Shown here piece after piece: positions 53,801 to 64,000 of a stretch of DNA of 64,000 nt. The translations under genes and the position numbers were made by a program. The notes below the pieces were generated by a model, which saw only the letters and a program-made list of their open reading frames with translations, was not told the origin of the DNA and did not search any database. The number at the start of each line of letters is the position of its first letter. Position 1 is the first letter of the stretch. The stretch covers positions 281,480,001-281,544,000 of the forward strand of contig OZ024743.1 in NCBI GenBank assembly GCA_964016885.1, given 5' to 3'. Origin of the DNA: Eledone cirrhosa. Taxonomy: Eukaryota.

Positions 53801-54423
53801 CAGACACCTACCATACTCTGAACGCCTTGCTTCCCTGGGCATGGATTCATTGAAGCTCCGACGTCTGGCAATGGACTTGGTGAATACCCACAAAGTTTTT
53901 AACCATCTCGCCAACTGCAACCCTGAGCGCCTCTTTGATCTCCATGTGTCTAACACACGTGGACATGCCTACAAGATAAGAAAACAGCACAGCTCCCATG
54001 ACTTTCGCAGACATTTTTTCACGCTCAGAGTTGCTGAAGCATGGAACAAACTGCCTGCGTCAATTGTTAGCTGCCGAGACACTGCATCCTTTAAGACACT
54101 CATGCTTCCCGAAATACGCCAAAACTACACCTGATGTACCCCTTCCATACACATGCACACATGTGTGTATCATGACTCGTGCACTGTTCATTTTACTGAT
54201 GTTTGTGCATTGCCCTATGTACTGTACATGCACTTTTTTGTTGAGTTGTGGTGCACCTGGGCACTGTACACAATATTTCATTATTGTTATTGTTATTATA
54301 TCATGACTCATACACTGTTCATTTTCCTGACATTTGTACATTATTCTATGTACTATACATGCACCTTTGATGAGTTGTAGTGCACCTGAGCACTGTACAC
54401 AATAATTTCATTATTATTATTAT
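50890..54423 (+). mobile_element. Near-complete CR1-clade LINE (ORF1 remnant plus APE-RT ORF2 with two frameshifts)
   Basis: ORF1 RLGRPGPKPRLIRLSF; APE LNARSL, VTETW, YRPP, GDFN, SDH; RT GVPQGSVLGPLLF, YADD; frameshifts near 51640 and 53685; stop 54134; (ATT)n tail. Confidence 0.95.
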
Positions 54424-55185
54424 AAATAAGCTTGAAATTCTAAAGTATAAAAATCTAATATGACAATAGTGGTTGCTAGACCTGCTAGAAATAGGTTGAA
54501 CATATATTTAGTAGTATGAGTGTTTGTTTTTTTTAACTCCTTTGATACCAAACCACCACTGGTCCTATGGTTCTAAACTATTTGTTTTAAAGTGTTTATA
54601 TCTATCTAAAAACCTTCCATCATAGTTTTATGTAAGAACCTTTGTTAGATTATGTTCAAAACACTAACTTCATCATCATCATCGTTTAATGTCTATCTTC
54701 CACGCTAGCATGGGTTTAGATTTGACAAAACTTTCCAAATTCTTTATTTCCAAAATAATTTGAAAATCATAGGCAAATGTCTTTTAGAAATATGTTAATG
54801 AAAGAGTTAATTTGGGAGAAAGAAAAAAATTCAACAATATATCAAAACAAAACCAGAAGCTTATTTCAAAGTCTGGAATTTGACAAACTTTTGAACTTTA
54901 CAAACTGCATAAATAATTAAATAAGATGTTTATTTCCTCCACCTCACATCACCTGTTTCATATCAAAACACTGTCTGTTAGTGTCGTATGTAAACATTTA
55001 AGTTGTTTTTAGCTCAAGGTTACCCTGAATTGAGCAGATCTAGACTTATCATCAAAGCTATTCCAGCCATGACCATTCCATCATTTTGTATACCAGGAAC
55101 TACAAAATTCAATGTATCTTTATTTGTTTAGGATGGTAGGGAGTGATTTGAGAGGTTGTTTCAAGCAAGCCAGTGAGAGCTTAGA

Positions 55186-55575
55186 GCAGGTGTTGGCAAC
55201 CCCCAGCCCGCAGGTCATATCTGGCCTGCCAACAGGTTTCAATCTTAGGCTAAGCAATCCCTGAAAAAGTGCTCTGAATTACTTTGGATTAGAATACTGA
55301 CTAGAGAACACGTCTAACCACAAGACTCATGTAGCTGAATGTAATTTTTTGCGTGACAGTAACAAACAATCAAACTCAGACAGACAGAATAGTCAGACAT
55401 CAAGGTCAAGGGGACTATGTGTGCATGTATTTGTGTATATATGCCTGTACACACATCGCTTTAAATTACTTGGGTCTCCGTACGAAACAGATGTGGAGAC
55501 AGTGGAAGAAAAATATCAGTTGGAGTTGATTAACTTACAATACAATGAATTTCTAAAATAAAAATTTCATTCTGG
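55186..55575 (+). mobile_element. hAT (Charlie/SPIN-like) remnant
   Basis: caggtgttggcaacccccagcccgcagg terminus; FKLLGSPYETDVETVEEKYQLELINLQ transposase fragment. Confidence 0.6.
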
Positions 55576-56915
55576 CCACACACTAATGTGCTAGGTTGAT
55601 ATCGTTATAAATCATTTTTCGTTACAACAAATTTTTTTATACCCCGTGAATTTCACTGTATTGTATTTTCATGGTAAAGGCTTTACCTCACATAATATCG
55701 AATTGATGAGATTTTGATACTATTTATTTTGAGAACAATACCTTAACATCAGTATGAGTGGCCAGTTACAGCCAGTTTGAACAGGAAGAGGTTTGAGAAT
55801 TCTGGCTGGATACAGCCGGTTTAAATGCTAAAGGGTTAAGTTAGGCTTCAACCACCAGTTTAGTAATGAGAAATTTAGTTATATTACTAAATCTCTTCAA
55901 ATTTGAAAATCATAGACAGTGTCTTTCATTAGAAATATGTTAACAGAAGAGTTAATGTAGTTCTCAGGGAGATTCAGCATGACATATTTTTTTAGCTGGG
56001 TGGGATTGAGCAAGGCGCTTGCTTGATCAGGACTGACCCAAGGCTAAACAACAACAATTGTTCATTGTTTGGTAGCTAATGAATGAATATGCACATATAT
56101 TGCATAAGGCAGTGTGACTGGATCTGGGGGCCCTATGGTTGCAATAGGAGAGAAAGAGGGAAAGGAAGAGGAGGAGAAAGAGAGAGGAAGATAAAGGAGG
56201 AAAGGAAGAGAAAGAGAGAGTAATTGATCTATAGACTACACCTAGTTGTTCAAGCAAGTACCTAAGTGACAAGCCTGCTTGATCAGCACGTTATCTTTAG
56301 GTTTAACTTGAATTGTGATAACAACTTGTTGATTCTAAACTCAATACATCCGTATTACCTCTTTATTTCCTATATATATATATATGATTAGTTACAACAG
56401 TGACATATATAGGTATTTAAGTCTCATTGGGTTATGTACCACAACTCATTCAGCCTGTTATATATATATTATCATCACCATTTAGCATTTATTTTCTATA
56501 CTTGCATGTGTTAAATGAGTTGTCATGTTCTGAGGCTAGACAGATCAGGAGACCACACCTTGTTCATACATTCTATTTTTTTGCCACAATTTTTATGTAC
56601 TACTCAACAATACTTCTATTCTATTAACTATAGAGTGATACTCTACAAATACAGAATTAACTATAGAGAAAGGTAGTGCTGGTGCCATGATAAAAAATAC
56701 TCAGTTCACCTTGTAAGGTAGTAGTGCTCCCAGTACATGCTGAAAATTGGTTGGATGCTTTTCCTAACTTTTCAGCTTGTACTGGGAGCATTTTATCACA
56801 ACTCCGATACTGTCACCCTACAGAGTGAACTAAGTGCTTTTTATCATGACACTAGCACTACCACCTTACAGGGTGAACTGGATTTTCTTTATCGTGGCGC
56901 CAGCACTACTATTCT

Positions 56916-57067
56916 CTATAGTAATTCTTTTTGTAGAGTATCACTATAGTTAATTCTACATTTGTAGAGTAGCACTATAGTTAATTCTACATTTGTAGAG
57001 TAGCACTATAGTTAATTCTACATTTGTAGAGTAGCACTATAGTTAATTCTATATTTGTAGAATATCA
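56916..57067. repeat. 31-bp minisatellite (~5 units) growing out of one arm of an inverted repeat
   Basis: ctatagttaattctacatttgtagagtagca; inverted copy at 56623-56728. Confidence 0.9.
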
Positions 57068-57559
57068 GTTTATTCTGTCCATGGTTAGTATTTTGAGAAA
57101 TTTCCTTTTATCATTCCTTTTAATGCCTTCTCTTTTTCTTAGCATAATTGTTATTTTATTCCTTTACTGGTTTCAGTAATTGGACTGTGGCTATACAAAG
57201 GCAGTGCCTTCAACTGTTTTAGTCAATTATAATGATCCCAGTATTTATTTCAGCCTAGTACTTATTTTTTCGATCTTTATTTATGTAATGGCTCAGTTAC
57301 CTTTTTGAAACTCCATTTTCTTTGTATACCAAGTAAGTTTTAATCTTGTAAAATTAAAAGTTGTTAAATGGTTAGCAAGTCAAACTTTTAATTATGGATA
57401 ATGGTTAACTGTCTTCATAGAATATCGAATGAATAGAAGTAAACATATACACCCACGTACACCAGGTCTGAACACAGAGGAGCTGAACACCCATTGTCAT
57501 CGCCTCCGTCTCTCGCTCTCTCTCTTTCTCCATCTCTCACTACTGTGAGCAAATGGGGT

Positions 57560-57735
57560 CCCATGGCCCCGGTGGACAGAATAGAGAAGGCATTTCCTCG
57601 GAGGATGGTGAGGGAGATGCGCTGGAAGAGCCATTCCATCTTGCGAAGCTCACACCTGCGGTTGGCCAGCTCAGCCTCTATGGTGGTGGGTAGGGAGGTA
57701 GCTCTAGGGCCAAGGACACTAGAAGTCTCCACTGT
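57560..57735 (-). mobile_element. CRE-clade retrotransposon C-terminal fragment
   Basis: ETSSVLGP...WLFQRISLTILRGNAFSIL. Confidence 0.8.
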
Positions 57736-58647
57736 TTAAATTATTCTATTAAATAGAAAAATAATTTTTTAAAATGAAAAACAATATTGCCTTCAATAAT
57801 ACATATAATTGTGTGTATCCGGTTTAGCAGTTTAGAATAGGTACACCCTATCCATGTGTGTCGTAAGAAGCGACCAAAAGGGTTAGTGTCAGGAAGGGCA
57901 TCCAACTGTAAAACATTGCCTCGAAACAGCCTGTCCAGTCCATGCCAGGATGGAAAAGTCACCATAAAAACAATGATGATGATATATTTATATTTATCCA
58001 TATAAATATCTATATATTTAGAATTGGTACATCATATTCTTGTGTGTTGTAGAGGCATCTCGTTATAAAATATTGTCTCAAAACATCTTGTTCACTGCTA
58101 ACATGGAAAAGTGGCCTTAAAAACGATGATGACGATGAAAATACATAGACACACATACACACAACAGGCTTCTGTACAGTTTCTGTCTACTAATTTCCAT
58201 TCCCAAGATATTGGTTAACCTGAGGCTATAGTAGAAAATACTTCCTAAGATACTGCTCAGAGGCAACAACCATGAAACTATATGGTTGTGAAACAAAATA
58301 TACTCTGTTTATGTATGTACTTGACTCGGTTGGTGAATTGCTTAGCTTTTGAATAGTTTTCTCTTTGCTTTTATTTTTTTTATTTTCAATAAGATTCGTT
58401 TAAGCAAATCATTTTCATTAATCTTTTTGATACAAACCTGTTTCAAAATGCTTCTGGTTTGATGATACAAAACCTGAATAATTCATGTAGTATTCATATT
58501 CAAATTAATCCATCTGCCCTCATAATTTAATACAAGAATCTTTTATGTTCCAAACATAATTAGTTCTGTAATAAAGTTAGTTATTTTACTAAATATCATC
58601 AAATTCTTGATTGTTTTCAAAATTAAATGAAACACATAGACAGTGTG

Positions 58648-59130
58648 CAGTGAAACTTTGGTTCATGAACAATTTTTCCAAACATAAAACGTCTTAGGTG
58701 ATGAACAGTGTCTTGAATTATGAGCACACAAGCCGGCAACAACGGTTGGGGATAAGCTGGGAGTGTTAGCAGGAAAGCATTGTAAGATCTCACTTACACT
58801 TAACAGGGGACAGGATGACTTGGAATATCTTTGTTCACATATAATGTGGTTTGATGGTTAATCAGAATATTTCTTCATGACATGTGTTTGCTTCCATTTA
58901 CAAGTGTAGGAATGGCAACAAAAGGGAGTAGTAAAAGCTATCCAACTTGGAACTAAAAAGGTTTTAACAAGACGAAATGAGGTTGCTACAGCGTCACTTG
59001 CTGTGTAGTTAGTTATGGTGATATCTATCTGTTTTTCACATACCTTCTCTCTCACTGTATTTCTCCTCAACATTTCGGATGACAAACGACCTTCAGGAAT
59101 GAACTAAGTTTGTGAACCAGGGTTCCACTG
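58648..59130 (-). mobile_element. Tigger/pogo-like deletion derivative nested in a TTAA MITE
   Basis: TIRs cagtgaaactttggttcatgaac / gtttgtgaaccagggttccactg; degenerate transposase-like interior. Confidence 0.65.
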
Positions 59131-60786
59131 TATTTCAATAGAAATATAGTCATTTTACAACCACTATAGTTTAGATTTGATAATTGTTGCTAATTTAGAC
59201 ATTTATATACTGTCGGATAGATAGAATATTTTGCAGTATTCACTTCGTCTTCAAAATCTGCCAAGGTCATCTTTGCCTTTCCTCCTTTGGAAGTCAATAA
59301 AAAAAAAGTACCAGCCCAGTAGTGAGGTCTATTCTTCCTCTATATTGCTTTCTTCCTTCCTTTCTCTCTCTTAGTCTCTCCTTCACTGGAATAAATTGAC
59401 TGTGTTCAGACTTGGAGAGGAGATCGGCTCCACCAGGTTTAAAGTGCCCAAGACATACTGTTGTCAGTACAGTGTACCTAAGTGTCTCTCAGGAATTATG
59501 GATGCATACATACATGTTGTTAGATGCAGGTATGATTAAATAGTTTAGAAGTTTGCATCATAATCATGAGGTTTTAGGTTCAATCCTGCTGTGTGACAGT
59601 TTGAACAAACGAATGAAATTTGGTAGACAGAAGCTGTTTCGGAACCTTTTGAATGGGCTGTACCTGTAATTCAAAGAGCCTCGTTACACTGTCATGCTGA
59701 ATTTCCTGAGAATTACATTATGGGTACATGTTTTTGTGGAATACTCAGCCACATACATGTTAACTTCGCGAGCAGGCTGTTGTAAGGATCAAACTATTGT
59801 AACACTCATTTTTTTTAATACTGATGGTGGTACAGTTACTTTATAGTATTGGAAAAAGTAATTTAGTTTTACATGAGCAAGACATGGTCACCTGACCTGG
59901 TATTGCCCACAACTGGACAACTCGTCTAACCCATGCTAACATGGAAGAATGGACATTAAACAGTGACGATGATGATGATACCTGTCCAATACTTGCTAGC
60001 AGGGAAAACAGGCATTAGATGATGATGATACCCCTCCTATTTCTGACTATTCAAATATGAGGTACGAATATCACCGTTTATCAGCCACACAAACTGATGT
60101 AAGCTAATATACATGCTTTGTCTGAAATAATTATGGTACTATAGTTACTCAGGATATTGTACTGATAACATAATATGTCAAGACGCCTGTCTATATATTG
60201 GACTTTAAGCATGATGTAAAGCTGTTTATCTCAAACATTTGGATCTTTCTAAACTGATTACATATCAGTAGCTTTTGTAGTTATGCTTTGCTTGTATTTT
60301 AAATGTAAATCAGTTTGATAACTAAAAATTACTTCCTTATAAATGTTATGTGCACAGTTATCTATACTGTTATTTGAGGGCTTCTACATGATTGGTTTGT
60401 CAGTCAAAATATTATTTCAAACATTCGTTATTTGTTAGAAAATTTTGTAACACTATTATTGCTATTATATTATATTATTTTAATATGACGTCTAACATGC
60501 AGTACTAATTATATTCTAACAGTAAGAAGAAAGATGCTATTACAATGCTCTAATGATTCTGTCAACATTTTTCAGGGCAGTAGGTTGGCAGAATTGTTAG
60601 AGCATCAGATAAAAATCTGTGTAGTATTTAGTTACACCACTTGATGTTCTGAGTTCAAATCCTGACAAAGTCTTCTTTGCCATTCATCCTTCCAGGTTTG
60701 ATAAAATAAAGTACTAATCAAGTGTTTGGGTCAATTTAACCGACTTTTCTCTTGCCTCAAATTACTGGCCTTGTGCCTAAATTATA

Positions 60787-60976
60787 ATTGTTTCTACTTT
60801 TGGCACAAGGCCAGCAATTACCCCAGTATATTACTGGTACTTTATTTTATCGACTCTGTAAGGATGAAAGGCAAAGTTAACCTCAGCGAGATTTGAACTC
60901 AGATCATAAAGGGGTGTAACTTTATGCTACAAAGCATGGCGTCCAACGCTTTACCGATACTGCCAATCCACTGCCC
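60787..60976 (-). mobile_element. SINE with 15-bp TSD, inserted antisense into another SINE (60577-60786)
   Basis: TSD tgtgcctaaattata at 60772-60786 and 60977-60991. Confidence 0.85.
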
Positions 60977-61059
60977 TGTGCCTAAATTATATAAACTATT
61001 ATATTATCTTAATATAAAATCCTACTTGCAGTTCTAATTTTATTCTGAGGCAATTTTCT

Positions 61060-61800
61060 GGGAAAAGTGTGTCCGAAATGAAAGTTGAAACCAGCATACA
61101 CTTAAACTTGACTGACACTGAGAATAAAGAGGCAGTAAAATGTTACTATAAGATGCATGGGAGAGGAGGAGAAATAGAGAGACTGTCACAAGTTGACTCA
61201 ACAGAAGTTACCAGCTATTGAAATTGATAGCTATATGGTTCTAAGGATGATTAAGGATATGGAGGCAGAAAAAGCTACTAGACCATCAGGGATAGTCTTT
61301 GAGATGCTGAAAATATCTGGTTAGGTAGAATACGCTTTAGTCACATAGTCAGTCAAGTAGTACTGTGTGGTGCCACACCCAGTAACTTGTGTAGCAGTAT
61401 CATTGGCAACTGCTTCAAAGGAGAGGGAGATGTTTTACAAAGAATCAACTCAGTGGCATAAATAGACCAAGATATGACGGTAACAGAAAGAGTTATAGCA
61501 CAAATGATTAGAAAGAAAATTAGCTGAGATAAGATGTAGTTCAAATTTGTACCAGGATGGGTTACCACTGATGTCTGCTTCCTTGTAAGACAACTATGGA
61601 AGTTCTTAGATAAGACTAAGCTACCATACATTTCATTTTTTGACTTGGAGTAGTCTTGTGGTCATTAAGAAAACTAGATATAGTTGAAGTTATGTAAAAT
61701 CTGTGCAAATTATGTACAAAGATGCCATCAGCAGGGTGAAAGTTAGCAAAGAATTTAGTGTGCAGGTAGGTGTTCACCAGTGTTTGCTTCTCAGTTCCCC
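61060..61800 (+). mobile_element. Degenerate RTE RT fragment
   Basis: KATRPSGIVFEMLK, KFVPG..TTD, VQVGVHQ. Confidence 0.75.
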
Positions 61801-61819
61801 CATTTCGGCTGCTTGTATT

Positions 61820-62136
61820 CGCATCATATTCTTTCAATCATTACCCAAGATTCATGACCATAGGTAAGAGTTGTCACGAATATTGAAGACAGCGAGTTTG
61901 GCTTTTACACTTACCTACCTTCTGATTACCAAGTGCTGAAGCTGGCGCATTACTGCAGCAGCTCCTACAATTCCTGCTCTTAATTCAGCTTCCTGCCTTC
62001 CATCACTCTGGAACACGGCCCTAAGATACTTGAATTTATCCACTGGCTTAAGTGGAACTCCATTCACATGTAAAGTGCACTGCGCAGGCTTCCTTGAGAG
62101 GAAGAGTGTCTCAGTTTTCTCAGCACTTGAATACAA
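61820..62136 (-). mobile_element. Expander-type RTE fragment
   Basis: VDKFKYLRAVFQSDGRQEAEL. Confidence 0.8.
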
Positions 62137-62606
62137 TTCAAGCCTGTACTATGTGTCCTTGTGTTATGTTCTTGAAAGGATCATGAGCATTGCCCTTCCT
62201 TTTGACTAAATAAAGTGTGCTTTGAGGGAGATTCATCTGCTATTATTTCTAGCAGGTCTAGTAACCACATAGGCAATATGTTACTTGTATTAGATATTTG
62301 TCTTTTAGTATTGCAAACTGATTGGGTCATGTGTTGAGAAAGGATGAAAGTAACTGGGTGAGTGAAGTGATGGAAATTAATGTGGAAGGAGAAGACTGAG
62401 AAAGGCATGACAAAAGATGATGGAGGAGGAAATGAAAGGCAGAAGGTTATTAAGGGGCATGCAGCTGATAGGGCAAAATAGAGAAGCTTATCCTGGAGTC
62501 TGCAAGGCTAAACCCTTGCTTTCTCAGGGTAAATTGTCAAAAATGATTGCTGTTTGTTATGTTCTTCATTTAATAATCGAAAGTCTTGTTTCTGACTATT
62601 CTTCAG

Positions 62607-62722
62607 GTAGTTATAGTGGTGTCATCTCACCATTCCATGATATTCCTTTATATACAAATACAGCCAAGACGGTTCTTAATATGGTTGTTGAGATTCCTCG
62701 ATGGACTAATCACAAGATGGAG
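62607..62722 (+). CDS. PPA: Inorganic pyrophosphatase exon 2
   Basis: ttcag acceptor; [10 protein letters not shown]...[15 protein letters not shown]; donor GTAAGT, phase 0. Confidence 0.95.
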
Positions 62723-62775
62723 GTAAGTTGTTTTTATCAGATTTTCTCCCACTGACTCATCTTTTTAGCTGTATA

Positions 62776-62972
62776 CAAGGGTGGGCTGTAAAGTTCATAA
62801 GCTGACTATGAAGGAGTGATGCTAGAGTTGTGAAATCTTGCATGCATTAATTTCAACTCTTATTAATAACTGCATTGTTTCTTTCTATGGACTCTGTTGA
62901 AAAATAAACCTCATTTGGTCATTCCATGAGAGTATCTTGGTCAGCTTATGAACTTTTCAACCAACCCATATG
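62776..62972. mobile_element. mariner-type MITE
   Basis: gggtgggctgtaaagttcataagctgac / gtcagcttatgaacttttcaaccaaccc, preceded by TA. Confidence 0.75.
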
Positions 62973-63886
62973 TGTTTGTGAATCAGTATCTGTTCTGGCT
63001 CTGTGTGATCTCAGTTCAAATTCTGCTGAGGTCAACTTTGCCTTTCATTCTTTGAAGTCATTAAAATAAAGTACCAGGGTGAGGCAGAATTTTTAAAGCA
63101 TTGGACGAAATGCCCTGTGGTATTTGTTATGGCTATTTGCATGGTAGACTTAATCCATCACCTGGTTAACATCCCCACCTTGTCCTAGAGTGCCTTTAAA
63201 TGGAGTTTACTCTGTTGCAAGTATGCTGGTCAGGTCTCCTGTTTAAGAATAACTTCTTTCCTTCTTCCTGTCATTCTTTGAAGCCCCACAAAAAGAAAAG
63301 TTGTCATGGGCACTGCCCTTCTTTCCCTGATTCAGTATTAAGAAAAAAGAGCTTTGTAATTTTAAGTTATATTTTCCAGTTTGTTGTATGTATGAATAGC
63401 AAAGGTTCACACAGCTTGAACTGGATTAAATTAAAAGAAATTTTTTTATTCAAACTGTCAAATGAAATTACCTCTCCAGATACATTTGTAATGTGTGTCA
63501 GTGTTAATATCTCTAGCATTTGATTGTAAATGTGTCTGGCATTAGGAAGGGCATCCAGCTGTAGAAACCTAGCCAGAAACAGTCCTATATGAGTAAGACA
63601 CAGTCACCTGGCCCAACTTACCTCAAATGGGACGACCTGTCTAACCCATGCTAGTGTGGAAAATGGACGTTAAATGATGATGATGATGTTGATGATGGTG
63701 GCGGGGGCTGTCATTGAAACAGTTGAGAGACATCCTATGAGATATCTCATGGAAGGTTGATTAAAGCTATGTAGGTGCGAACTGTAGCAAATTTGATATT
63801 GTTTATGTTTCATATTTATTTTTCATATTTATTTGTGTATCTAACAACAAAGTATAATAATACCTTCCAACTTTGGTGTCTTTCAG

Positions 63887-64000
63887 ATCAGCAAAGAGGA
63901 AATGATGAATCCCATTAAACAGGATATTAAGAAAGGCAAAGTGAGATTTGTGAAAAACCTTTTCCCTCACCATGGTTACATCTGGAACTATGGAGCATTT
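63887..64000 (+). CDS. PPA: Inorganic pyrophosphatase exon 3 (runs off window)
   Basis: tttcag acceptor; [38 protein letters not shown]. Confidence 0.95.
   Translation, partial: MSKEEMMNPIKQDIKKGKVRFVKNLFPHHGYIWNYGAF

Noticed and set aside
51372-54134. Active autonomous CR1
   Set aside because: Two frameshifts in ORF2 and a 5'-truncated ORF1 (unless these are assembly errors)
56944-57067. Resemblance of aattctacatttgtaga to a Cas12a direct repeat
   Set aside because: Units are contiguous with no unique spacers; an ordinary minisatellite

Overview
AT-rich, intron-containing animal genomic DNA. The repeat content (RTE LINEs with partner SINEs, CR1, Penelope ends, (TA)n/(TATG)n microsatellites) suggests an octopus-like cephalopod; this is inference. 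Two host genes lie on the + strand. One is a complete 7-exon CCDC137 orthologue (3790-16754, 300 aa when spliced). The other is the first three exons of a family I inorganic pyrophosphatase (37907 to window end), with a 167-aa N-terminal extension and a 24-kb first intron. Most of the rest is transposon debris: RTE, CR1 (one near-complete copy), CRE-clade, Gypsy, Penelope ends with hammerhead relics, SINEs and piggyBac/Tc1/pogo/hAT MITEs. The most unusual structure is a 6.1-kb head-to-tail array (27775-33921) of eight ~608-bp non-autonomous RTE-derived units separated by variable microsatellite tails. Each unit has a structured 5' end and a 3' stem-loop. Seven of the eight carry an intact 35-aa micro-ORF, in strong Kozak context, encoding a single canonical C2H2 zinc finger.
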